The notes: generated from the sequence alone by a model not told the origin. Counted from the first letter of the stretch, positions 46,113 through 55,661 are shown. The stretch is 64,000 nucleotides of DNA from a virus (IMGVR_UViG_3300045970_000046:1-64000); one strand, 5' to 3'. Numbers and translations: made by a program.

Positions 46113-47108
46113 CTAGTATGATAAGCCACCTAGTTTAATGTCGTAAATTAGTCCGGATCCGAAGAGGTATAAGAACGTGCTCGCCGGAGTAGGCCAAGCA
46201 CCAGCCGTATTTAAGGTTACGTTTTGAATCCCATCTATGAAAGATAAAGTAGCACTCGTTCCCAGTCGGAATTCTATCCTGTATAGTTTATTTACCAACG
46301 GAGTTGGAACTAGATTAATTTGTTCTAAACCACCAGCTACACTAATACCAGACCAAGTCCCTAGCTCAGAGTCGTACCCAGCAGAGAATCCGTTTGTATT
46401 GGATAATAGAGTCTGCAAGCTTGCGGCGGTAGTATAAGTGCTTCCAGACAGCAAGGAAAATAGTCCGGAGCCATTGATACTATTCGTGGTCCTAGCGGCG
46501 CACCTAAATTCGAGATACCAAGGAGCGTCCTGCATTCCGGTAATACTAGCCTTAATAACGTCCGCGCCAGCCATGGTGACTATACCAGCCGAAACCGTAG
46601 GGGCACCTGCTACAATAGAGAACTGACCTAGAGTATTGGATGCAAAATCTTCATAGAGGACAACGCTGGGAGTGGTTTGAATAGTTAGAGTACGAGGACT
46701 CGCGAATAAGGCCGAAATATTACCAGCCGCGTCTTTGGCCCATGGGTAGAACGTTACGGATCCACGACCCTCCGCAATCCAGGAAGTTGGCACAGTAGCT
46801 ACCCACTTAGGATCTGCGGGGGACGGTTTAGTAGCGGATTCTGTAATTAAGTATCCTGCTATACCGCCAGCATGCGTTGCGTTAAGATTGTTAATCAGAA
46901 TACGAGCCCCGAGATGGGCTGTGTCATTGGCGTAGAGATTAAACGCATTCATTGAGGGAAGAGTATCTTCCACCGTAAAGGACCTACCGGAGACTACCAC
47001 CGTACCGTTTACTTTCATATCAACAGACTGAGCACCCCCGGCCATAGCTACATCCGGAATGGACCAATTTCCTGCCCCGTCAGCCGTAGTGGACCCAAGT
47101 AAAGCCAT
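46113..47108 (-). CDS. Ig-like + lectin-like domain protein
   Basis: GYLITES..P...W...P........YPWAKDAAGN.S; N-terminal half Ig domain. Confidence 0.75.
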   Translation of the reverse strand: MALLGSTTADGAGNWSIPDVAMAGGAQSVDMKVNGTVVVSGRSFTVEDTLPSMNAFNLYANDTAHLGARILINNLNATHAGGIAGYLITESATKPSPADPKWVATVPTSWIAEGRGSVTFYPWAKDAAGNISALFASPRTLTIQTTPSVVLYEDFASNTLGQFSIVAGAPTVSAGIVTMAGADVIKASITGMQDAPWYLEFRCAARTTNSINGSGLFSLLSGSTYTTAASLQTLLSNTNGFSAGYDSELGTWSGISVAGGLEQINLVPTPLVNKLYRIEFRLGTSATLSFIDGIQNVTLNTAGAWPTPASTFLYLFGSGLIYDIKLGGLSY

Positions 47109-47110
47109 AG

Positions 47111-48112
47111 CTATGTCCCCGTATCGTAAATAGTAACAGTTGATCCGGCCGCCGCGGTACCCGAGAACGTAACGGAGGCCGATGTAGTCTGACCAGCGGT
47201 CGGTGTTGCAAGTGTGTTCGAAACCGAACCACCTGAAATACTGACGGTTGAGGTTGCCCCCGCAATCCCAGCTCCGCTTCCCGCGATAGGCGCCGGAGCC
47301 CCCGTCTGGGTTCCGCTGCCACCAGAGCCAAGGCCTCCAGCCGAACCACCAAGAGATACTGTAGTAGCTGGTGCACTGGTAGTATCGGCCTGACCACCGG
47401 CAGCCCCGGAGAGGGCCGAGTCTACGATAACCGCACCGGCCGAATGTATCTCAATCGTCGCGTTAGGAACGACGACGCCGCTGAATGTAACCAAGGCCCC
47501 AACAGTAGACCCTTCAACCGGGAATTCCATAGACGCATCGGAGCCCGTCGATAGAGTCCCAAAAGATCCAGCCTGACCAGCGGCGGTACCACCCTGTGGA
47601 CCAGAAGTTGCCGCGGTTCCCTGTCCACCGGCGTGCCCCACGGAGGTCCCAGAGAGAGGAACAACCTGAGACAACGGGGCCGTAGCACCGGCCCGACCAC
47701 CAGCCGTAGCTTGTAACGGAGTTTGACCCGGTGTTGTTGTAGATATCGGACCTAGTTCGTTACCGTGGCCACCCGCTGTACCACCTAGGCCAGTAGAAAC
47801 ACCAAGAGCGGCGGTGGTTCCCCCTAAACCACCTGCCGCGCCTGTTGTTTTCCGTTCAGTGGATAGAATCCCACTTACATCTGCGTGACCCGACGTTGTT
47901 CCACCAGCTCCACCAGTGTCTAGTTGAGCACTAACGGTGGCCCTACCCGCAGCCGTTGCTTCTAGTATAAGTCCGAAGGGTAAAGGTGATTCCCAATAAC
48001 CTGAACTGTTGGCCTGAACAGGAGTAAGAGCCTGGCCGGCGACGGTAGGCGTCACAAAAGCGTTTGGAGTGGTTGAACCCCAAACCTTTACTCCACCAAT
48101 CTGAACAGGCAC
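47111..48112 (-). CDS. Gly/Ala/Thr-repeat protein with Ig-like segments
   Basis: L.GT.GG.A repeats; VTFSG motifs; GGAGG RBS. Confidence 0.75.
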   Translation of the reverse strand: MPVQIGGVKVWGSTTPNAFVTPTVAGQALTPVQANSSGYWESPLPFGLILEATAAGRATVSAQLDTGGAGGTTSGHADVSGILSTERKTTGAAGGLGGTTAALGVSTGLGGTAGGHGNELGPISTTTPGQTPLQATAGGRAGATAPLSQVVPLSGTSVGHAGGQGTAATSGPQGGTAAGQAGSFGTLSTGSDASMEFPVEGSTVGALVTFSGVVVPNATIEIHSAGAVIVDSALSGAAGGQADTTSAPATTVSLGGSAGGLGSGGSGTQTGAPAPIAGSGAGIAGATSTVSISGGSVSNTLATPTAGQTTSASVTFSGTAAAGSTVTIYDTGT

Positions 48113-48127
48113 GAAAACCTCCGGAAA

Positions 48128-48307
48128 CTACTTCGTACCGGTAGAACTAGCCGCGCGGGCCGTACCAGATAACGGAGTAACTTTTCCGGTAGTCTTCTCC
48201 TTCTGACCTGCGTTACTGGCCCCCTTAGCATCACCGCTTAACTTAGTGGGAGGAGTTTGAACACATGAACAAAGGACGACTACTAGAGCCACTAGAAGGA
48301 TCTTCAT
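48128..48307 (-). CDS. 59-aa lipoprotein-like ORF (not in ORF track)
   Basis: MKILLVALVVVLCSC; carries LSG.A.G/LSGTA repeat; fills gap. Confidence 0.6.
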   Translation of the reverse strand: MKILLVALVVVLCSCVQTPPTKLSGDAKGASNAGQKEKTTGKVTPLSGTARAASSTGTK

Positions 48308-48318
48308 AGTGGCACCGA

Positions 48319-48891
48319 TTACTGCTCTGTAACGTGAAGCGCCCCTGCCGTAAACGACGCCGTCGAGTTCTGCGTAACGGCTACAGGGGCGTTATTCACA
48401 GCACCCCAGTAGAGTAGGTTACCGGCGGTAGCTGCATCGTAAATCCCAAAGCACTGAACGGACCACGAAGTACCGCTGCTGTTAGTCCAGGCGGCGCTAC
48501 CGGAAATGGAACCGGCATTAACGTACTCGTCGGTATTCGTGTAGGTATTGCAGTTACCGGTACCGGAACCAGTGCAGCAGGTAAACGGCGCCTGGCTAGT
48601 GGTGCACGCACCGTTGGTCGCGTGTGTCCAACCGGTACCATTAGCGATAGCCGCCGAACGAGTAGTATATCCGGGTTGCGAACCGCTATTAAATTCAACT
48701 CCGGCGGTACCAGCCGCAGGGCACGTCGAGAATAACCCGACATAGGTATTGACCGGAGCCGAGAACGCCGTATTACCGAAAATCTCACCAAGCACCTTAG
48801 CCGAAAGATACGAATACTTCCCACCGGCCACGGCTAACAGCGGAAGAACTAGGGCGAGGGCAACAACTGCGAACTTCTTATTAAACTTCAT
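48319..48891 (-). CDS. virion-type beta-sandwich protein with signal peptide and Cys-rich insert
   Basis: MKFNKK-hydrophobic-AVA; YVGLF..P...G.E...GY; GIYDAATAGNLL; GAAGGAG RBS. Confidence 0.75.
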   Translation of the reverse strand: MKFNKKFAVVALALVLPLLAVAGGKYSYLSAKVLGEIFGNTAFSAPVNTYVGLFSTCPAAGTAGVEFNSGSQPGYTTRSAAIANGTGWTHATNGACTTSQAPFTCCTGSGTGNCNTYTNTDEYVNAGSISGSAAWTNSSGTSWSVQCFGIYDAATAGNLLYWGAVNNAPVAVTQNSTASFTAGALHVTEQ

Positions 48892-48918
48892 CGGATACTC
48901 CTTCAAGCGGTGGAACAG

Positions 48919-49281
48919 TTAGGAAACGATAGCTAAAGTAGCCTTAACAAGATACTGATCTCCGTGAATCTCCGCCAACTTCATCGTACCTTTTACGAAT
49001 TGTACAGTATGCTCAGATATTGTAGGATCGTCTACCAATAAATTGATCCGAAAAGCTGATGCCGTAAACTGGACTAACCTATAAAACGCACGAATATAAT
49101 CGTATTCTTGAGCATTACAATACCATGTAACGTCAATATGAGGCAATGTTTTATTTATAGGCTTAATTGAAGCCCTCCGGAATTTAGAGAAGCCTCCTTC
49201 AACAGCGAACTTTATTACATCAGCCTCAAATGTAATCCTATAACCTGATTCTTCCGGTGTAAGGTCTAGGGCTATAGACAT
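48919..49281 (-). CDS. distal tail (Dit/M-like) protein
   Basis: directly after tape measure gene; P...GY...V....GG.S.F...V.W...Y...FY. Confidence 0.75.
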   Translation of the reverse strand: MSIALDLTPEESGYRITFEADVIKFAVEGGFSKFRRASIKPINKTLPHIDVTWYCNAQEYDYIRAFYRLVQFTASAFRINLLVDDPTISEHTVQFVKGTMKLAEIHGDQYLVKATLAIVS

Positions 49282-52200
49282 TAGCGCTTCCGTCCAGTCG
49301 TAGTATGCGACGAGAGGGCCTTACTGACTCGACTATTAGCGTTTATAATATCTCTGGCCACAATGCTAGGTGTATGCGTCTGGACGGCGGCCAGGGCCTC
49401 TTCGCGGGCGATAATCCGAATATCGTTCCCATTACGTTCAACACTGATATTGGAAGGTGTGTAATTCTCAATTTTCACGTTAACTTGGGTTCCGCTGGCG
49501 CCCGCCTTACCGGGGGATCCCCCACCACCCGCACCAGAGGACCCCCTATTTAGAGCCTCTAGCATTGGACGGTAGCGCCGGGTAGCCTCGGCATTAACAA
49601 CATACTCCTGCCCATGGACTAGTCCAGCTACTTCACCTGTAGGACCATCACCGGTGTAGCCACCGACCATATAACCGGTAGAGATAAGATCACGCTTTAC
49701 CGTAGAAGTTGTATCTAGAGCTTGGTAAGTAGACTTATTCTGGAATGTCGAATTAGTAGACGAGCTATACGACCTGAACATCTCGGGTGTAATGGTCTTG
49801 CCCTTGTTTAGATCTTCTAAGAGAGGGCGGTTCTTTTTAGTAGCGGTGGCGTTAAGTACATACTCCTGACCGTGATAGAAGCCCGCTACACTATTAACGG
49901 GACTATCACCGGTGTAACCGCCAGACTTCATTCCAGCCCCACCGATAGCTGCTGCGATAGCCGCGGTAGAGAGCATCGATGCGTCAGCCGCTAGACCAGC
50001 CGCGCCGAAGGTCGCGATACTCACAAGAGCTGCCGGTCCTGCCCACATGGCCCCCGTTTCGGCGGCCATGGTAGCTCCGGCTGCCGTTGCGGTCGCCATA
50101 CCCATAGTGGCTATAGCCCTGTTAACGAGGAATTGTAGGCCAATCTTAATTAAGGAGCTAAGTAATTCGGCTAGGATATTACGAGATATATCACCTAACG
50201 TCTTTTCTAGGTTTTCACCGAATACAATAGCTCTTGCGAACGCCGTACCAATACCATCTATTAACTGTGTGACGGGTTTCGCAAAGGTGGAGCCTAACTG
50301 ACGGGCGAAGTCAGTGGTACGTCGGCTAAGTAGGTCGATCTGTTTAAGCATACCGTCGAAGAAGGTACCTTCTCCGGACTGTATATTAGCTTCCGCTTGT
50401 AAATCGCGGAGGTCCATCTTAACACTCTGTATCCCAGATTCCACCGCTCCCCAATCCGTTTGACCAAAGATTGGAGTAGCATACGTATTTCCGGTTTCCC
50501 AGTCGCTAACCGGATTCACGTGACCAATTACAGGGGTGTTATCTTTAATCAACTGAGCTGTAGACTTCTCTAACACTTCTTTGTTAACCTGTTCTTGGAC
50601 CTTAGGCTTTTCGGCACGACGATTAATCGTACTATAGAGACGGTCTACTTCCTGTGCTATACGCTTATACTCGGCCCTCTCTTCCTGTAGTTTATTAATA
50701 CGAGACTGGGCTGCAAGCTCATTAGTTGTAGGTACGTGGCCAAGCTCCCGTTTAAGTTTAAGCTCATCCTCCATAGCTTGAAGTAAGCCCTTACGGGCTG
50801 CGGAGGACCCCTTGTAAATACTAATCTCGCGTTCAAGAGCGGCTTCTAATGTCTCAAGTGGGAATAGGGCTTCCTTAGAATGTTCCACATAAGCGGCGAG
50901 TAACCTGTTACGCTCTGCCATCGTAATAAGCGTCTCTTGTGTAACAGTACCGTCAGGTTGCACAACAGGGGCGGCGACCGGCAGGGCTGCAGAGGCGTCT
51001 AATAATCCCTTAGCTTGGTCTAGGCGGATCTGAGCTGCAAAGACAGGACTCATCTGTTTCTGAATCTCTTCTAGGCCGCGCTTGTATTCTTCAATCTTGC
51101 CTTTGTCTAAAGCAAAGATGGGTTTCTTGGCATCTTTACTGATATCGTCCTTAGTCCCCTTATTAGCGGCGTCTGTACGGGCTTTAGCCGTCTCCCGGAA
51201 CTTAGAAATAAGCCCATCTAACTGGGACATTACGCCATCGGTCCAATCCCCAATACGATCACCACTGAAGGACCAAGTCTTTAACTTCTCCATATCAGCT
51301 AAGAGTTTATCGAACGAACCCTTAGCATTATTTTCTACTTCAAACTTAACTGGAGTAATGGTTGCCGTAGTGCCAAAGAGTTTCTTAAAGATAGCACTTT
51401 GGGCTACAGAGTTTAGCCCATCTATAAGTGTATTTATGATAGGAGCGGCTAACTGGGCTAGGCCGCTAAGAGCTTGTGAGAAGATATCCGTGAGTACACT
51501 AGGTATGCTACGGAGTAGTAGAGGAATAAGATTAGCTACATAGTCTACACTACCCAGAATACCATTCAGGATCCCCTTAAAGATTGTTATCGTCGCCTTT
51601 GTAATCCATTCAAAGAGGCTATAAATCTTACGTTCAATAAAGACGAGTAGTTTATCCCAACCGCTCAAGGCCTCTATAGGATCGATACCCTGAGGCTTAT
51701 GCGACGACATACTAGATGTTACAGAAGAGGCCTGAGGAGAAGAGGCTAGTGAAGCTCCGCTGCCCGGGGCCTGTCCTTGGACTAGAGTAGATTGTACCGT
51801 CTTAGCTATTGTATTCTGAAGAGTAGAACCGCTCGTAGGACTAGTATTATCCTTGAAAACGTCAGTCTTATAACCGGCCCTCTTATTTAGATCGCGTGTA
51901 ATTAAGGCGATATAAAGCTTAGTTTCATCGGCTAATTGATCGAAGACGGTAGTTAGATCCTTAGTCTTATCTAAGAGTTTTCCACCGTTAACTTTATCGG
52001 CCCGGTTAGGTCCGCCGTTATAACCAGCTAGGGCTTTCTCTACACTACCATCGAATTTATTTAATAGCTCACGGAGGTAAGACGTACCTCCTTCGATATT
52101 ATTCTTTGGAACATTTGGGTTAACACCCAAATCCGCAGCAGTCTTTGGCATCAGCTGCATTAAGCCAATCGCTCCAACAGGTGAAAGAGCGTTTGGATTA

Positions 52201-55200
52201 TTATTAGACTCCTGCTTCATTACGGCCGCTATAAGATGTACGCTTACATCGAACTGCTTAGCCGCATCGATAATATCCTTACCGTAAGGATGACTCGTCA
52301 TCGAGGCGTCGTCTTTAGGATTATAGCCCCAAGCTACTCCCTCTTCAGAACGCGGAACAACCGACGGTACCTGTAACGCGGTGGCCACAGGCTCCGGGGC
52401 GCCGAATCCGAGCTTCTGTAAGAAGGGGAACGTATCGGATACAATCTTACCGAGTGTCCTAAATACGTCACCTAGTGTAATCCCGGCTACTTCGATATTA
52501 TCCCTAAAGAGGTATAGACCTGCGGTCAAAGCCGCTAAAGCAGCTACACTAACACCTAGCGGGTTAGCGGACATAAAGCCAAGCATACCGGAACCGACGG
52601 CTCCACCGGCTGCAGCCCCCACCGCCCCTCTAGTCGCGACTCCACCAGCCGCTGTAAGCGGTGTAACGCCCCATGCCGGTAGAGCAGAAACGGCAGCACC
52701 CTGCGCTGTTTGACCAATCAGTTTAGATATACCAGAAAGGGCCGCGGGAATGGCTAATGCGGCTAGTGCGGCGGCTACCGTACCTAGACTGGCCGCTAGT
52801 TTATCGAGGTTACCGCCTAACCAATCGATCATCGTATTAAACTTATCGGAAATCTTATAAGCTTCGTTAATCTCTCCTACGAATTTAGTAACATTCGTAG
52901 ATAGGTTGTTAAAGCCTTGAGCGAACGATCTCTGAACGGTGTCGACTTCTTTATCAAGTTGACTTGTATCTGCCAAGAAAGCCTTAAACACTACCGACGA
53001 ATCGATAGTTTCTTCTTCCTTACCCTTAATAAGCTGCTTCCAGTTTAGACCACCACCACGACGATTCTGTTCTTCTACGGCCTTACGAAACATCACAATA
53101 GACTTACTACCACCCTGTAGATGATCGGCTATACCCTTTAAGATTCTAGGTGTATTTTCTGAAATCGAGTTAAACTCCTGCATACGAATCTTACCCATAC
53201 CTAGCATCTGACCTAACTGTAAGAGGGAACCTCTCGCAGCGTCAGCACTGGTACCTTGAATGAGTAAGGCTTTACCGACGTTCTCTACAAATTGGATGGC
53301 CGTAGCTTGTGAAGCGCCAACGGTTAGGGAGGCCATAGAGATACGACGGTAGAGTGTAACGACGTCGTCAAACGGTTGACGAGTACGTAAAGCGACTTGG
53401 ACTAGTTCTTCCTGGACAGCCGTAGCCTCTTTAACACTTGAGGTTGAAAGTCGGACGCTGTTACTGGCGTTAATCCAACCGTCAGCCGATTGCTTTAACT
53501 CACGAATCATTAGGAAGCCCGCAAACATTTCGGCCGCCATCCGGATATACCAGAGTTGGCGAACGAAATGAGCGGCAGAACTAGTGGCCTGCTGGGCGGC
53601 CCTGGCATGAGAGTTGTATCCGGCAGTCGTCGAAGCTAATGCCCGGCCTGTTCCGTAGATCGCGTTATTATACTGCTGGGCTGTGATTGTACCTTCCCGG
53701 TATAGACGGTTAGCGGCTTCCTGGCGAGCCGTACTAACTCCCGGCGCCGGAGAATTGTACAACGAGTTCAACTTAGCCATCTCGGCATTTAAGGCTACAA
53801 CGGCCTGTCGCTCTTCGACACGGCTCCTAACAAGTTCCCGATTAGTATTGTTGAGAGGTTGAACTGCCTGACCCGGGGCTGTTGTAGCTTCAGCGACACG
53901 GGTATAAGCCCCTTCCATCTGGACACTACGTTGATATTCCTTATGGGAGGCTACCCCCTTAGCTAGAGCGTCACCTTCCTTATTCAAGGCGGCTACTTCA
54001 CGATCTAGTTGAGCAATGTAAGCGTCGATAGAGGTAGTCGTCGCCTGTATCTCGTTTGAAAGCTTACCAGTACCGCTCATTGTAGCTTGTCCGAGTTTAC
54101 CAGCCGCCGTACCAGCCCTATCGAAATCAAGGGTTAGTTGGCCTACACCAGCAGAGGCTAGTTTGGCCGCGGTAGAGATAGTCTTAACTTCGGTGGCCAC
54201 AGTACCGGCGCGAGAAGCGGCCTCTTGTAGGAAACGTTCCTGCCGGGCGGAGTCTTCCAACCATGTTACGCCGGTCGACTTATCTGTAAAGTCAAGTTGA
54301 CGGGTAGTAAGTTCTTCTTTAGTCTGACCCTTCAAAGCTTGCTTATCAGCACCGGGAGCCGTCAGATTAAGACTCATCTGGGCTTTAGTTTGCGCCGCGG
54401 CTAGTTCTTCAGTAGCCTTCGTCTTCTCACGTAAGGCCCGAGCTTCCGCTAGGATACGTTGTTCCTCGATCGGAGAACCGGCAAACGCCCTACGACCAAC
54501 ATCACGGGAAGCTAGTTCGTCCTTAATCTCCTGATTTACATCTTTGGGCTTAGTTCCAGGGATCGTCGGAGTAGTGGGTGCGAGTCTACCACCTTGTAGA
54601 TTCAACGTAAGTTGTTGAATGTTCTCGGCAGCTTCTTTAGCCTTAAGGGCAGTACCTCCTAATTGAGCTTCCATTAGAGGCATGAAGCCTAGAGACTGTT
54701 GACCTACAGTTCCAAGCTGACGCAGCTTAACCGAAAGTATCTCAGCCTCGTCCGTCATCCGCTTAATAGCGAAGCCACGGGAATTACGGTCTACCTCTTC
54801 GTTCCAAGGAACACCACCCGTAGCGAATTCACGCTGGGGTGGGCGCATGGCGTTAGTTGTGGCTAATTCAACTTCACGTTGCCTAACAACATCTTGATAG
54901 TGTGCTTTTGTATCCGGAGGATGAACTACTTCGGGCCGGGCAAACATATCCATTTGCCCAGTAGTACCTAAATCTTTATTAGCGACCTTTAACTGTGCCA
55001 GTAGGTCTAACTGCTTCTTAGTCTTATCCCCAAGCTGGACTAACTGGTTAGAGCACTCAGTAATAAGTGTCCTTGGTTCAACCTTAAGTAATTCCGCACG
55101 GATCTGATTTATCTTAGCTTCGTACTCCGCCATTCCTTTGTCTTTAGGAATAGGCGGAGGCTCGTCCCAAGGATCGGGAAGCTTAGGCCGAGGAACATTC

Positions 55201-55661
55201 GGTAGGGGTAGTTGAACAGGCGGTGGTACAATGACCGGGGCAGGCGCCATCTTAGCACCGAACATCTCACCCTGTTCACCCACAGCCCCCTTAAGAGTAG
55301 GGGCGGCCATCGAAGCCAGCACAGATTTAAACTGTGTGGCTAACCCCATCACACTTTCAAATTCTTTCGCCAGGCCTTCCAGGTCCTTAGTGATCTCTCC
55401 GGGGGCCTTACCCCGTAGGGAATTTAATTGATCCCGTAGTTTTCCAACCGCCGTCGAACTGGTACCTACTTGACTTGTAAGGTCGGTAAACTGTTTTCCC
55501 AGTTCCGAACCGGGCTTAAACGAAAGGTTTTTTAGATCTCCCTGCAACTCCGATATAACCGACTGGGCCTTTTCGGCAGACTTAGCCACATCCTCGAAAC
55601 TCCGCGCAACTACACGCGAACCAGTTTCGGATATGGATATAAGAATTGTTTCGTCGGCCAT
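49281..55661 (-). CDS. tape measure protein with lytic transglycosylase domain
   Basis: LLQLGQ...EFNSI.EN tape domain; QES...A.S..GA.GLMQLMP.TA...AGYN.G; 2126 aa. Confidence 0.95.
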   Translation of the reverse strand: MADETILISISETGSRVVARSFEDVAKSAEKAQSVISELQGDLKNLSFKPGSELGKQFTDLTSQVGTSSTAVGKLRDQLNSLRGKAPGEITKDLEGLAKEFESVMGLATQFKSVLASMAAPTLKGAVGEQGEMFGAKMAPAPVIVPPPVQLPLPNVPRPKLPDPWDEPPPIPKDKGMAEYEAKINQIRAELLKVEPRTLITECSNQLVQLGDKTKKQLDLLAQLKVANKDLGTTGQMDMFARPEVVHPPDTKAHYQDVVRQREVELATTNAMRPPQREFATGGVPWNEEVDRNSRGFAIKRMTDEAEILSVKLRQLGTVGQQSLGFMPLMEAQLGGTALKAKEAAENIQQLTLNLQGGRLAPTTPTIPGTKPKDVNQEIKDELASRDVGRRAFAGSPIEEQRILAEARALREKTKATEELAAAQTKAQMSLNLTAPGADKQALKGQTKEELTTRQLDFTDKSTGVTWLEDSARQERFLQEAASRAGTVATEVKTISTAAKLASAGVGQLTLDFDRAGTAAGKLGQATMSGTGKLSNEIQATTTSIDAYIAQLDREVAALNKEGDALAKGVASHKEYQRSVQMEGAYTRVAEATTAPGQAVQPLNNTNRELVRSRVEERQAVVALNAEMAKLNSLYNSPAPGVSTARQEAANRLYREGTITAQQYNNAIYGTGRALASTTAGYNSHARAAQQATSSAAHFVRQLWYIRMAAEMFAGFLMIRELKQSADGWINASNSVRLSTSSVKEATAVQEELVQVALRTRQPFDDVVTLYRRISMASLTVGASQATAIQFVENVGKALLIQGTSADAARGSLLQLGQMLGMGKIRMQEFNSISENTPRILKGIADHLQGGSKSIVMFRKAVEEQNRRGGGLNWKQLIKGKEEETIDSSVVFKAFLADTSQLDKEVDTVQRSFAQGFNNLSTNVTKFVGEINEAYKISDKFNTMIDWLGGNLDKLAASLGTVAAALAALAIPAALSGISKLIGQTAQGAAVSALPAWGVTPLTAAGGVATRGAVGAAAGGAVGSGMLGFMSANPLGVSVAALAALTAGLYLFRDNIEVAGITLGDVFRTLGKIVSDTFPFLQKLGFGAPEPVATALQVPSVVPRSEEGVAWGYNPKDDASMTSHPYGKDIIDAAKQFDVSVHLIAAVMKQESNNNPNALSPVGAIGLMQLMPKTAADLGVNPNVPKNNIEGGTSYLRELLNKFDGSVEKALAGYNGGPNRADKVNGGKLLDKTKDLTTVFDQLADETKLYIALITRDLNKRAGYKTDVFKDNTSPTSGSTLQNTIAKTVQSTLVQGQAPGSGASLASSPQASSVTSSMSSHKPQGIDPIEALSGWDKLLVFIERKIYSLFEWITKATITIFKGILNGILGSVDYVANLIPLLLRSIPSVLTDIFSQALSGLAQLAAPIINTLIDGLNSVAQSAIFKKLFGTTATITPVKFEVENNAKGSFDKLLADMEKLKTWSFSGDRIGDWTDGVMSQLDGLISKFRETAKARTDAANKGTKDDISKDAKKPIFALDKGKIEEYKRGLEEIQKQMSPVFAAQIRLDQAKGLLDASAALPVAAPVVQPDGTVTQETLITMAERNRLLAAYVEHSKEALFPLETLEAALEREISIYKGSSAARKGLLQAMEDELKLKRELGHVPTTNELAAQSRINKLQEERAEYKRIAQEVDRLYSTINRRAEKPKVQEQVNKEVLEKSTAQLIKDNTPVIGHVNPVSDWETGNTYATPIFGQTDWGAVESGIQSVKMDLRDLQAEANIQSGEGTFFDGMLKQIDLLSRRTTDFARQLGSTFAKPVTQLIDGIGTAFARAIVFGENLEKTLGDISRNILAELLSSLIKIGLQFLVNRAIATMGMATATAAGATMAAETGAMWAGPAALVSIATFGAAGLAADASMLSTAAIAAAIGGAGMKSGGYTGDSPVNSVAGFYHGQEYVLNATATKKNRPLLEDLNKGKTITPEMFRSYSSSTNSTFQNKSTYQALDTTSTVKRDLISTGYMVGGYTGDGPTGEVAGLVHGQEYVVNAEATRRYRPMLEALNRGSSGAGGGGSPGKAGASGTQVNVKIENYTPSNISVERNGNDIRIIAREEALAAVQTHTPSIVARDIINANSRVSKALSSHTTTGRKR

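Noticed and set aside
41438-47111. Stop-codon reassignment as the cause of the split domains
   Set aside because: Both junctions change frame; TAG, TGA and TAA all act as normal stops elsewhere; no suppressor tRNA
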